Positions 51,466-60,824 of a stretch of 64,000 bases of DNA are shown in pieces. The position numbers and the translations under genes were made by a program. The notes beneath the pieces were generated by a model, which saw nothing but the letters and a program-made list of their open reading frames with translations, had not been told where the DNA came from and made no database searches. The stretch lies in contig JACPZD010000001.1 of the NCBI GenBank assembly GCA_016195665.1, forward strand, positions 282,848 through 346,847, given 5' to 3'. This stretch comes from Gammaproteobacteria bacterium. GTDB taxonomy: Bacteria > Pseudomonadota > Gammaproteobacteria > SURF-13. The stretch's first letter is position 1; the number at the start of each line of letters is the position of its first letter.

Positions 51466-51608
51466 GTCTATACTCCCTTAAGCAAATTAATTCATCTCCG
51501 CAGCTTGCTGCGGGCGCAAAGCGATGGGGTTTCCACAGGGAAGAGGCGCAGATCTTCCCTTTGGTCGCCCGCGCGTTTTTCAGACCGCGCGGAGCGAAAT
51601 CCAATTGG

Positions 51609-53018
51609 CTATCGTTCGTAGGCCAGCTCATGCACCATGCGGCCGGCCGGCACTATGGTGCCCTCACGCGCCGTCATATACATGTTATACAGCCACACGC
51701 AGTTACCGAGGAATACCAAGGTACCGCCAAACCAGCGCGCGATCATGTACGGGTGCTCGGCGACCACGATATCAATGTACGGCACCTCGTAAATCTTGCC
51801 CGCGCCCTGAATCAGGCCCGCGATGGTCATTGAGATCCAGTAGATCGAAAAGCCGATCAAAAGCATCCAGAAGTGGAAGTTGGCGAGGGCCAGGGAATAG
51901 AGCTTACGCTTCATGATCATCTGCAGGCCGTAGTACACGGCGGCCACCTCAATGAAGGTGGAGAAGCCGAGCAGTGCGAGGTGCGCGTGCGCCACGATCC
52001 AGCCGGTGCCGTGGATGTACCAGTTGATCGAGCGTGTCTGCTGGAAGCCGCCCTGCATGTTGAGCGGAATGGCGAGCAGCACGCCGGTCACCGTGAAGCG
52101 CACCTCGATGTTCTCCACGAACATGTTCCACTTGCCCTGCATGGTAAGCAGGATATTGGATACGAAGGCGATCGCAGGCACCAGGATCAGCACGCCCTCC
52201 ACCGAGGCGAATGACTTCAGCCACTCGGGCAACGGCGCGGACATCAGGTGATGCGCGGCGGGCGTGGAGTAGAAGATCACGATGGACCAGAAGTGCAAGT
52301 GGCCGATACGATGCGAGTACAGCGGGTTGCCGGTGATTTTGGGGATGGTGTAGTAGGCAATGGCCGCGGCCACGGGGGTGATCCACAAACCGAGAATGTT
52401 GTGTGCATTCCACCAGGTGAGGTAGGCCTCGGTCAGGCCGGTGAGGTGGAAGTACTCCGGCAGGTTGCCTACCAGCAACACGATCATGAGCATGAAGATT
52501 GAACCGGCGAAGAACCAGTTGGTGGTGTATATGCCCTGGGTACGGCGTTTGGCGATGGTCATCCAGACATTGAGCGACACGGGGATCAGCACGCCAAACA
52601 GCAGGATGAGATCTATGGGATAGATAAAGTCGGAGTATTCACGCCCGGAGGTCATTCCCATCCACATGGTGATCAGGCCCACAGCCAGGCCGATATTCCA
52701 GTTCATGCAGCTCCACAGCGCGAGCTTTTCCGACCACAACTTGGTATTGCCAAGCGCCGGGGTGATGTACATCATCGCGGCGGCGAAGGCCATCGAGATC
52801 CAGCCGAAGATCACCGCCATTACGTGCACCTGGCGCATCTTGCCGAAGGCGAAGTACTCATAGCCGGTTACCCAGTCGGGGAAGGCCAGCTTGGCGGCAT
52901 TGAAAGAGCCCAAACCCGTGCCTATGATAAACCAGACGATGGCCGAAAAAGAAAAGAACAGCGTCGCGGTGCCCGGCGGGATGTCTTCGCTCTTGGAAAA
53001 CAGATATTTGGTCAACAT
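51609..53018 (-). CDS. ccoN: cbb3-type (C-family-like) heme-copper oxidase subunit I, divergent
   Basis: About 12 TM. His ligands in RQVH, WW.AHN, HH and AHAH. GREY and LYS.R...HFW motifs. Confidence 0.9.
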   Translation of the reverse strand: MLTKYLFSKSEDIPPGTATLFFSFSAIVWFIIGTGLGSFNAAKLAFPDWVTGYEYFAFGKMRQVHVMAVIFGWISMAFAAAMMYITPALGNTKLWSEKLALWSCMNWNIGLAVGLITMWMGMTSGREYSDFIYPIDLILLFGVLIPVSLNVWMTIAKRRTQGIYTTNWFFAGSIFMLMIVLLVGNLPEYFHLTGLTEAYLTWWNAHNILGLWITPVAAAIAYYTIPKITGNPLYSHRIGHLHFWSIVIFYSTPAAHHLMSAPLPEWLKSFASVEGVLILVPAIAFVSNILLTMQGKWNMFVENIEVRFTVTGVLLAIPLNMQGGFQQTRSINWYIHGTGWIVAHAHLALLGFSTFIEVAAVYYGLQMIMKRKLYSLALANFHFWMLLIGFSIYWISMTIAGLIQGAGKIYEVPYIDIVVAEHPYMIARWFGGTLVFLGNCVWLYNMYMTAREGTIVPAGRMVHELAYER

Positions 53019-53114
53019 GCTAATACCTCATCAAACTCGAAATCTGTAGCGTGCGCCGCGCGCGCGCCCCGTAAAATAATTTTAGTTATATTTAGGCCTA
53101 ATTAAGACCGGCGC

Positions 53115-53273
53115 TTACTTTTTTGCCGGCATCGCGCAGCACGGCTTGATCAGCCCGCGGTTACCGACCTTGCCGCACACCTTGCAGGGGATCATCAGAT
53201 ACCATGCTAGCCACATGCTGGAGAAGGCGGCGACCATGCTAAAAACTGCGGCGATTATTGCTAAAAGACCCAT
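53115..53273 (-). CDS. Small TM protein with a CxxC...CC tail (52 aa, not in the ORF track)
   Basis: GGAG RBS then MGLLAIIAAVFSMVAAFSSMWLAWYLMIPCKVCGKVGNRGLIKPCCAMPAKK*. Confidence 0.7.
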   Translation of the reverse strand: MGLLAIIAAVFSMVAAFSSMWLAWYLMIPCKVCGKVGNRGLIKPCCAMPAKK

Positions 53274-53339
53274 TTGCTAGCTCCGTGCGCTGTTAGTTTC
53301 GACTGCATAAATTTAGGGGTACCTTGCTGCAAGACAGCC

Positions 53340-53633
53340 TTAGTGATGACCGCCGCCCTGGCTCACTTTGGACATCTTATCATGACCATATATGGCGGAC
53401 AATAAGATCCATATAAAGGCGAAACCGAACACCAACATGGTCCAGGTCATAAAGCCGTTGAAGTAACCGAACGGATTGTAAGAGTTCCAGCCGCCCCAGT
53501 CGCCAAAGGCGCCACGGCCCAGATTGGCCATGAGATAAATACCGAACACGCTGCCGTTACCCATCCCCACCACCATGCCGACCACCAGGCTAAGTATCAG
53601 GGATTTTCTCACCATGCTGACCGACTTCGCCAT
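53340..53633 (-). CDS. Small two-TM Gly/aromatic-rich protein
   Basis: RBS GGAG, two TM helices, first gene of the ccoN-side unit. Confidence 0.75.
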   Translation of the reverse strand: MAKSVSMVRKSLILSLVVGMVVGMGNGSVFGIYLMANLGRGAFGDWGGWNSYNPFGYFNGFMTWTMLVFGFAFIWILLSAIYGHDKMSKVSQGGGHH

Positions 53634-53745
53634 ATCTCTCTCCGCTCTTGGACTTGAATTAAATGTTCACAAAGCGCCCAAACCAGGGGCTTGCCGTTAA
53701 TTTGTATAATTTACATCAGGTCGCGTTATAATTTCAACACCTGAT

Positions 53746-53946
53746 ATGAAAGAAATTGTCGTTTATTTAATCGCGGCCATCGCCGGGCTGACCATACTGG
53801 GGTATTCGGTGCATATGCTGATCGGCGGGCTGGTCAGCAGGGCCACGGAATACACTGTGATTGCGCTCGCCGTTTTAATTGGGGTAGCTGTGCTTGGCTT
53901 TCTCGCCTGGGATGTGGTGAAGAGGCGGGTGAGAAGTGAGGAGTGA
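53746..53946 (+). CDS. Small two-TM protein
   Basis: GYSVHMLIGGLVS between two hydrophobic helices. Confidence 0.7.
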   Translation: MKEIVVYLIAAIAGLTILGYSVHMLIGGLVSRATEYTVIALAVLIGVAVLGFLAWDVVKRRVRSEE

Positions 53947-54045
53947 GGGGTGAGGGGTGAGGGGTGAGGGGTGATAGCTTTTTACTCCTTACTCCTCACT
54001 CCTTACGCCTAACTCCTCACCTTTTTCTAACTCCTCGCCCCTCAC
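53929..54045. repeat. Inverted heptamer arrays (GTGAGGN / NCCTCAC)
   Basis: (GTGAGGG)n faces CTCCTTACTCCTCACTCCTTACGCCT... Confidence 0.75.
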
Positions 54046-54047
54046 AG

Positions 54048-54503
54048 CTACTTGTAAACCGTCAAGGCCTCTCGCACCTCTTTGAATGTCGCGGCATCTT
54101 GAAACTGTCCGCGGTGGAAGATGAATTGCCTCGGTTGGCCCAAGACGTCCTTGCCGGAAAGCCCGATGGATTTCCCTTGGGTGTCGCTGTAATAACGGAC
54201 GTCTTTGACCAGTTGCACTCTCTCGCCGTTACGCAACTCCAGGCGCACCTGCTCGCGGCTGATTTCGATCGCCACCGGGGAGGTGGGCAGCCACATCAGG
54301 CGGGTTTTAAGAATACGGTTGGCGCCCGCGATGAAGAAAAACGAGGCCATAAAAAAAAGGATATAGGCCACGGACGGGTTCTCGCCATACCCCAGCTTGA
54401 GACCGAGCAGCCCGAGCACGACGACGGTGGGCACATATAACAGCAAATCCCACAACACTCCCTGCCGGTCCTGCCGCAGGACGTAGCGGGTGACGCCGCT
54501 CAT
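54048..54503 (-). CDS. Hypothetical membrane protein
   Basis: Two TM segments plus a soluble beta-rich tail. Coupled to the upstream gene. Confidence 0.7.
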   Translation of the reverse strand: MSGVTRYVLRQDRQGVLWDLLLYVPTVVVLGLLGLKLGYGENPSVAYILFFMASFFFIAGANRILKTRLMWLPTSPVAIEISREQVRLELRNGERVQLVKDVRYYSDTQGKSIGLSGKDVLGQPRQFIFHRGQFQDAATFKEVREALTVYK

Positions 54504-55006
54504 CGCTTAGCGGTTGCCGCGGGGAGCACGCGGCTGAGCTGCGCCTCGAGTTCGCCATACATGACCCGTCCGGCCTGTACATAACGCACCGTCTGTTTTT
54601 GATCTATCACGTAGGTCCAGGGGTCGCCCATTATGCCGAAGGCCTTGAAGGCCTGCGGGTTTTGGTACTGGTCTATGTGCATAAACAGCACCCGCGGCTC
54701 ATACTTGCTCATCATGGCCTTGAGCATCTGGAGCTGCTGATCACAGGGCGTGCAGTGACCGGGGGTGGCGAAGGCGAGCACGATGGGCTTGCCGGTCTTG
54801 AGCGCCTGATCGAGCGAGTATTGATACATGCGCGCGTCGGGATAGCGGTAGGTGGTGATCTTGCTAAAGTCGCCGCCCACGTCGGCCAGGGTCTTGGTGG
54901 CGATCGGCGGGGCCTGCATGCCGACGCCCACCCTCGGCCCAAAGTCGCAGGCCGTCAAAAGAACTACGAGGCAGAGCGTGAAGGCTCCGTAGCGCGCGCG
55001 CATCAT
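54500..55006 (-). CDS. Thioredoxin-like lipoprotein
   Basis: Lipobox LTAC, GKPIVLAF, CTPC and a cis-Pro-like DPW. Confidence 0.8.
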   Translation of the reverse strand: MMRARYGAFTLCLVVLLTACDFGPRVGVGMQAPPIATKTLADVGGDFSKITTYRYPDARMYQYSLDQALKTGKPIVLAFATPGHCTPCDQQLQMLKAMMSKYEPRVLFMHIDQYQNPQAFKAFGIMGDPWTYVIDQKQTVRYVQAGRVMYGELEAQLSRVLPAATAKR

Positions 55007-55530
55007 GGCTTTGCGCTCTGCGGCTCGCTCCAGCCGCGCGCGGTGCGGAACAGGTTGTAGGCCCAGATGAGGTTGGAGAGCAGCACCAAACTGCCGAACA
55101 TCCCCACCGAGATCATAAACGGACGCACGATTTTATTGACCTCGTCAATGTCCATGGTTTCGCTGGCCAGACCGCCCAAACTCCCCGCCATGACAAAGGA
55201 CAGGACCATGCCGAGCAGGCCGAAGTTGTGGACCCAAAAATGAATGTTGACCAGGCGCAGGCTATAGATGTTGCGCCGGACGATGCGCGGCACGATGTAA
55301 TACACCGCCGCGAATATCGCCATCTCGACCCAGCCCAGCAGGTTCAGGTGGCCGTGGCCGAGCATGATGAGATGGGCGTGCGGCCTGTGGTTGATGAAGT
55401 CGCGCAGTTTGGGGAGCATGCCGACCACTACGCCCCAGGAGAAGCCGATGATGCTGTAAATCACGCAGGCCGCAATAAACCATAAAATGTAACGGCGGTA
55501 CTGTGTGTCCTGGCCGAAATTCTCATTCAC
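55003..55530 (-). CDS. Second stand-alone 4-TM protein resembling oxidase subunit I helices IX-XII
   Basis: GHGHLNLLGW and YYIVP....RNIYSLRLVNIHFW motifs. Confidence 0.75.
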   Translation of the reverse strand: MNENFGQDTQYRRYILWFIAACVIYSIIGFSWGVVVGMLPKLRDFINHRPHAHLIMLGHGHLNLLGWVEMAIFAAVYYIVPRIVRRNIYSLRLVNIHFWVHNFGLLGMVLSFVMAGSLGGLASETMDIDEVNKIVRPFMISVGMFGSLVLLSNLIWAYNLFRTARGWSEPQSAKP

Positions 55531-56141
55531 GGGGAGGGCGCCTTTTCTGTCGCGTCTCCCTGTTGCCCGGGGGGTTTGGTGCGGATGTCCTGGTATTTAT
55601 CCTTCCAGCCTTCAGGGGCCCACATCTTGACCATGCTGTCTATGAATCCTGAGCTTTCCGGCGGCGGCTCGCGCGCCATAGACGAACCTTGTTCCGCCTT
55701 GAGTTCGGAGAGAAACATGGCGATGTCGTGGATGTCTGCGGAGGGAAGGGCAGTAGTGTAGCCCGCTTCTCTGCCGGGGGCGTGATCCATGGTCGTCGTT
55801 CCATAAGTCAACTCCGGCCGCCTCAGGAAATTCTCTATCCACTCCGCGCTGCGGCGCGAACCGATACCGTCCAGTACGAGGCCGTTGTTGGTGCCGTTGC
55901 GCATCGCGCGGTGGCAGGCGGTGCAATTGGCTTCGCGGAATAATTTTGAGCCGCGCAGGCCTTCCGCGGTGGAATCAAAGGAGCTGCGCGAGGTGAACAT
56001 CGGCTCCTTCATGTGGCTGCGCACGGTCTCGAGCACGATGTAACCGATCACCGCCAACACCAGAAACGCACCGAATACGGCAAACAGCACGCGTTCGCCG
56101 GGTTTGAGGGATTGTTTAGGCTTCGTCGTAGGCAGTGTCAC
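55527..56141 (-). CDS. Membrane-anchored monoheme cytochrome c
   Basis: N-terminal TM, CTACH and LDGIGSRR. Confidence 0.85.
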   Translation of the reverse strand: MTLPTTKPKQSLKPGERVLFAVFGAFLVLAVIGYIVLETVRSHMKEPMFTSRSSFDSTAEGLRGSKLFREANCTACHRAMRNGTNNGLVLDGIGSRRSAEWIENFLRRPELTYGTTTMDHAPGREAGYTTALPSADIHDIAMFLSELKAEQGSSMAREPPPESSGFIDSMVKMWAPEGWKDKYQDIRTKPPGQQGDATEKAPSP

Positions 56142-56166
56142 GGTTAACCTTGCACATCGGCAGGTA

Positions 56167-56202
56167 GAAAAACAAAAGGGCGGGGATGTTTCCCCCGCCC
56201 TT
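56167..56202 (-). terminator. Intrinsic terminator after the cytochrome c4 gene
   Basis: Minus-strand AAGGGCGGGG-GAAACAT-CCCCGCCCTT followed by TTGTTTTT. Confidence 0.7.
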
Positions 56203-56266
56203 ATGGGACTTGCGTCCCTACAACAAGTTCAAAAACTCAACTCTAAGGCGAACGCGCTTTCAGCGG

Positions 56267-57235
56267 CTATTCGTGCGCGGCGCCGGCGGTATTCGGCGGT
56301 ATTTGGTGAGGCTGACGCGAATTGCCCATGGAGATAGGCGGCGCGCTGGTCAGGTAGGCGGCGACATTGTAAATGTCTTCATCCTTGAGCTTGCTCGCCA
56401 CGGCGCGCATCTGCGCCAGCGGGTCGTTGGCGCGGCTGCCATCCTTCCATTTCTTCAACTGATTTACCAGATAGACGTAACGCTGTCCGCCGATGACGGG
56501 GTAGATCGGCAGGGCACCGCGCCCGTTGAACTGGTGGCAGCTGCTGCAGGCCGGTACGCCTTGGGCCGGAATACCATAGAGCACGATGCCCTTTCCGAGA
56601 TGACGCTCACCGACCGGTACGGTGCCGGCCGTCTTGATCTCGTCCAGATTAGAGGCCGAGGCGAGCGCATCGTGATGCACGCTGGACTCATAGGCGGCGA
56701 TGTCGGCCTTGTCCTGATCGGAGAGGGCCTTGGCGACACCGTTCATGACACCCATGGTGGTGTCGGTCCGGAGGTCTGCGGCGAACTCATAGAGCTGCTT
56801 TCTGATGTAAGTAAAGCCTTGGCCGGCCAACCGGGGGGTACCCATATTGTCATCGCCCAGACCTTGCTCACCGTGGCAGGACATGCAGGGCGGGGCCTCG
56901 CCTTTCCCTTCGTTGAAGATCTTTTTCCCGGCCTCGAAATTACCGACCAGCCTGAGCGCCTCGCCCGGCATGGGCATAGGAGGCGGAGTGGCGGGGGCTA
57001 CGACCTCCGGTGGGGTGGGGGTTGCCATGGCCTCCGGATTTTCCGCGGGGACGGGGGGGGCTACTACCGCCGGAGCGGGCGCAATTTCACCCGCCGGGGC
57101 CGAACCGGCGGATTCCGGGGCTGCCGGTGCTTGCTCAACGGCCGGGGCAGACGTGACGCCCGGATCTTCTGACCAAGCTTGATTTGCCGCGACCAAGGCC
57201 AAGGCCGCAAGCGATGCCTTAATTAACCGACGCAT
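56267..57235 (-). CDS. Periplasmic diheme cytochrome c4-type protein with a Pro/Ala-rich N-terminal linker
   Basis: CMSCH, CSSCH, PRLAGQ..YI.KQL and GQ...YL..QL. Signal peptide starts at ATG 57235. Confidence 0.9.
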   Translation of the reverse strand: MRRLIKASLAALALVAANQAWSEDPGVTSAPAVEQAPAAPESAGSAPAGEIAPAPAVVAPPVPAENPEAMATPTPPEVVAPATPPPMPMPGEALRLVGNFEAGKKIFNEGKGEAPPCMSCHGEQGLGDDNMGTPRLAGQGFTYIRKQLYEFAADLRTDTTMGVMNGVAKALSDQDKADIAAYESSVHHDALASASNLDEIKTAGTVPVGERHLGKGIVLYGIPAQGVPACSSCHQFNGRGALPIYPVIGGQRYVYLVNQLKKWKDGSRANDPLAQMRAVASKLKDEDIYNVAAYLTSAPPISMGNSRQPHQIPPNTAGAAHE

Positions 57236-57332
57236 AATGAATCCTTCCTCCATATCACGATATTATAAAAGCTTCTCCGCAGAAACCCCGCCGCATCGCT
57301 TACCGGGCCTTAACCCCTCGGCAGCGCTAAGG

Positions 57333-57479
57333 TTACTTAGAGGAGTTTTTCTTGGCCGTCTTGTATGCAGCGAAGAGCACGACGAGTACGACTGTTATGA
57401 TAATGCCGTACAAGCTCAGTACGTCACCCGTGCTGTATTCCACGGAATCTTTGGCCAAATCAACAGATAAGTCGAACAA
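57333..57479 (-). CDS. Small single-TM protein (48 aa, not in the ORF track)
   Basis: GGAGGT RBS then TTG start. MFDLSVDLAKDSVEYSTGDVLSLYGIIITVVLVVLFAAYKTAKKNSSK*. Confidence 0.65.
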   Translation of the reverse strand: MFDLSVDLAKDSVEYSTGDVLSLYGIIITVVLVVLFAAYKTAKKNSSK

Positions 57480-57725
57480 ACTACACCTCCCTCTATGCGC
57501 CCCACCGGGCATGCCATGGCTGGTAATTCAGAGTCTATAGTTAGATATTATGCCATGAGATTTTGGCGACATGCAATAAGCCCGCAGACAAGAATCCGTA
57601 TGTCTGCGTTACCGGGCAGGAATAGAGTATTATTTAATCTTAGATCCAGCTAAACCGACTTAGCCATTGCCTAATCATCACAGCGGCTATCTGGAAAGCA
57701 AACCCTCACGATCAACTATACTCGG

Positions 57726-58505
57726 ATGGATATTAGAGATTTCGTCGTCGTCATCATCCTGTTCATCTTTGCCGACATCATTTTTTATGTCGTGGTGATG
57801 AAGGGTTTGATGGTCAAAAGCATTGTCAGCAAGACTCCGGCCGAGGAGCGGCGCGACAACCCGCGCCAGGAGGGCCCGGCTTACACGGTCGAACTGCGCC
57901 ATGCGACGCCCGCGCGGCTGGAGAGGCCTATCAGTCTGTTCTCGGTAGGCGGCCAGGTGAGCCCGGCTGAAACAGTGCAGGATTTGGGTGTGGTGATGCG
58001 TCACGAGTTGGCGTACCTCAGCGTGCAGAACTTTCGCTTTGTCCCGCCGCACGACTTGATGGTGGGTGAGCCCGCGCGGCTGGAGCTTCAGCTTACCCAG
58101 AATATCGTCGAGCCGATCACCCGGGCGATCAATCACGCCTCCCCCGCCAAACTCACTACCCTGAAGATCGGCGCGCACCTGATCGCCGGGCTACGCGGCG
58201 ACGGCTTTCGGATCACCCCGGTCGCCCACGAGGAGCAGGGGCTCGGCGTTCAGTCCACCCTGCAATGGGCGTGGAACGTGCTGCCTCTTAAGTCCGGTGA
58301 CAGGAGTCTCGATCTCGACCTCACTTTACGGCTCAAGATCCCGAGCGGTGAGGAAACGAGGGTTTATTCCTGGCCGGAGTGTAAGGTCAGGGTCGAGCCC
58401 AATGCCTATTTTGTCGCCAAAACCTTTATAAAAGGCCGCTGGAAGGCGTTATTCGCAGTTACGGCCTTGCTGGCGGCGGGCTTCTATGTCTGGCTGCGCG
58501 GGTAA
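57726..58505 (+). CDS. Hypothetical protein with N- and C-terminal TM helices
   Basis: Long ORF with terminal TM segments and a beta-rich core (W.W.V.P...G). Confidence 0.65.
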   Translation: MDIRDFVVVIILFIFADIIFYVVVMKGLMVKSIVSKTPAEERRDNPRQEGPAYTVELRHATPARLERPISLFSVGGQVSPAETVQDLGVVMRHELAYLSVQNFRFVPPHDLMVGEPARLELQLTQNIVEPITRAINHASPAKLTTLKIGAHLIAGLRGDGFRITPVAHEEQGLGVQSTLQWAWNVLPLKSGDRSLDLDLTLRLKIPSGEETRVYSWPECKVRVEPNAYFVAKTFIKGRWKALFAVTALLAAGFYVWLRG

Positions 58506-58522
58506 TTGTCTCTTTATCGTGT

Positions 58523-58582
58523 GTGAGGCGTAAGGCGTAAAATGCTGTTCCCCTTACTCCTCACCCCTCACGCCTCACACCT
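58523..58582. repeat. Inverted heptamer arrays
   Basis: GTGAGGCGTAAGGCGTAA faces CCTTACTCCTCACCCCTCACGCCTCAC. Confidence 0.7.
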
Positions 58583-58599
58583 TACTGCGTAGCCCCTAC

Positions 58600-60732
58600 G
58601 TGCAACACCAACCCCTCCACATCCTCCGCACCGTGTTCGGCTACGAACACTTCCGCGCGCCGCAGGACGAGGTCATCCGCGCCCTCATGGCGGGCAGCGA
58701 TGCACTGGTGCTCATGCCCACCGGCGGCGGCAAGTCGCTCTGTTTCCAGATTCCGTCTATCGTGCGTCCGGGCACAGGCGTTGTCGTCTCGCCGTTGATT
58801 TCGCTCATGCAGGACCAGGTGGCGGCGCTCAAACAGGCCGGCGTGCGTGCGGCATTTCTCAACTCCACGCTCGATGCCGCCACAGCGCGCGCGGTCGAGC
58901 AACAGCTCCTGCGCGGCGAGCTCGACCTGCTTTACGTCGCGCCCGAGCGCCTGATGACCGAGCGCACGCTCGACCTGCTGGCGCGGTCGAACATTGCACT
59001 GTTCGCCATCGACGAGGCGCACTGCGTCTCGCAGTGGGGCCATGACTTCCGCCCCGAGTACATTCAGCTCTCGGTGCTGCACGAGCGCTTCCCCGGCATC
59101 CCGCGCATCGCCCTCACCGCCACGGCCGACGAGCCCACGCGGCGCGAGATCATCGCGCGCCTGGGACTCGAAAACGCGCGCATCTTCATCAGCGGCTTCG
59201 ACCGCCCCAACATCCGCTACCGTATCGCCCAGGCGGATAGTGGCGGCGGCAGCGCGCGCGAACAACTGCTGCGCTTCATCCGCACCGAACACGCGGGCGA
59301 GGCCGGCATCGTCTATTGTTTATCGCGCAAGCGTGTGGACGAAATCGCCGCCTGGCTCGAAGCCCAAGGCCTGGACGCGCTGCCCTATCACGCCGGGCTT
59401 TCCGCCGAGGTGCGCGAGCGCAACCAGTCGCGCTTCATCAACGAGGAAGGCGTCATCATCGTCGCCACCATCGCTTTCGGCATGGGCATAGACAAGCCCA
59501 ACGTGCGCTTCGTCGCGCACCTGAATCTGCCCAAGAGCATCGAGGCCTATTACCAGGAAACCGGCCGCGCCGGGCGCGATGGCCTGCCCGCTGATGCATG
59601 GATGATCTACGGCCTGCAGGACGTCATCACCCTGCGCCAGATGCTGGAGACCGGCGCTGCGGACGACACACACAAGCGCGTCGAACGCCACAAGCTCGAC
59701 GCCATGCTGGGATTATGTGAGATCACGACCTGCCGCCGCCAGGCTCTGCTCGCGTATTTCAGCGACCCGCTGCCCAAACCCTGCGGCAACTGCGACACCT
59801 GCCTGGAACCGCCCGAAACCTGGGACGCCAGCGTGCCCGCGCAGAAGGCGCTCTCCTGCATCCACCGCACCGGACAAAGATTCGGCGTGAACTATCTGGT
59901 AGACGTGCTGCTGGGCAAAGCCGATGAGCGCATCCAGCGCTTTGGCCATGACCAGATCAGCACTTTCGGCATCGGCAAGGATTTGGGCCAGCAAGAATGG
60001 CGCGGCGTGTTCCGCCAGCTCATCGCGCGCGGTCTGCTCGCCGTGGACCTCGAAGGCCACGGCGCACTTAAACTCGGCGACGCCTGCCGCCCCGTGTTGC
60101 GTGGCGAAAAGCGCGTCATGCTGCGCCGCGAAACCAAGCCCGAAAAGACCAAGAAAACCAAAACCACGCGCGCAGCGCGCGGCCCCTTCAGCCAGGAAAC
60201 CGACCAGCGTCTGTGGGAAGCGTTACGCGCCCGCCGCCTGGAAATCGCCAAGGCGCAAGGCGTACCGCCCTACGTCGTGTTCCACGACGCCACCCTCACC
60301 GAAATGATCGCCCGCCGCCCGCAGACGCTGGAAGAACTCGCGCATATCACCGGCATCGGCGAACGCAAACTCGCCGCCTACGGTGAGGATTTTCTCGAAA
60401 TCATCCGCGCGCACGCGCGCGATGACGACAAGGACGCCGCCGTCAGCGACACCGCCGCCGAAACCCTGCGACTGTTGCGGCTCGGCCTGGACATCCCCGC
60501 CATCGCCACCCGCCGGGGCCTGAAAGAGAGCACCCTCTACAACCACCTCGCACTAGCCATCACGAGCGGCGAAATCAAACTGCGTGAGGTCGTGCCGCTG
60601 GATGAGGAAGAACTAACCCGCATCCGCGCAGCCCTGCACGCCAACGGCGGACAGGCGCTCAAGCCGGTGTTTGAGACATTGGGTGGGCGGTATTCTTATG
60701 GGATGTTGCAGTGTGTGCGGGCAGCGGAATAA
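58600..60732 (+). CDS. recQ: ATP-dependent DNA helicase RecQ
   Basis: [35 protein letters not shown], zinc-binding Cys residues and an HRDC domain. Confidence 0.96.
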   Translation: MQHQPLHILRTVFGYEHFRAPQDEVIRALMAGSDALVLMPTGGGKSLCFQIPSIVRPGTGVVVSPLISLMQDQVAALKQAGVRAAFLNSTLDAATARAVEQQLLRGELDLLYVAPERLMTERTLDLLARSNIALFAIDEAHCVSQWGHDFRPEYIQLSVLHERFPGIPRIALTATADEPTRREIIARLGLENARIFISGFDRPNIRYRIAQADSGGGSAREQLLRFIRTEHAGEAGIVYCLSRKRVDEIAAWLEAQGLDALPYHAGLSAEVRERNQSRFINEEGVIIVATIAFGMGIDKPNVRFVAHLNLPKSIEAYYQETGRAGRDGLPADAWMIYGLQDVITLRQMLETGAADDTHKRVERHKLDAMLGLCEITTCRRQALLAYFSDPLPKPCGNCDTCLEPPETWDASVPAQKALSCIHRTGQRFGVNYLVDVLLGKADERIQRFGHDQISTFGIGKDLGQQEWRGVFRQLIARGLLAVDLEGHGALKLGDACRPVLRGEKRVMLRRETKPEKTKKTKTTRAARGPFSQETDQRLWEALRARRLEIAKAQGVPPYVVFHDATLTEMIARRPQTLEELAHITGIGERKLAAYGEDFLEIIRAHARDDDKDAAVSDTAAETLRLLRLGLDIPAIATRRGLKESTLYNHLALAITSGEIKLREVVPLDEEELTRIRAALHANGGQALKPVFETLGGRYSYGMLQCVRAAE

Positions 60733-60824
60733 GGTGCCTCAGCGGAATGTGTTAATGCAATATCTGATCACGTGTGCTTTTTGATTGGTAGTATCCCTCA
60801 CTATGGTTTGCCATAATCACCTGC

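Noticed and set aside
51609..53018. Calling the oxidase a nitric oxide reductase
   Set aside because: The helix VI motif is WW.AHN rather than the cNOR/qNOR HLWVEG, and the C-family active-site Tyr appears retained.
53634..53745. FNR box upstream of the oxidase genes
   Set aside because: No convincing TTGAT-N4-ATCAA match here or at 57480-57725.
53929..54045. Tandem short repeats as a possible CRISPR array
   Set aside because: The units are 7 bp with no unique spacers, and there are no cas genes in the window.
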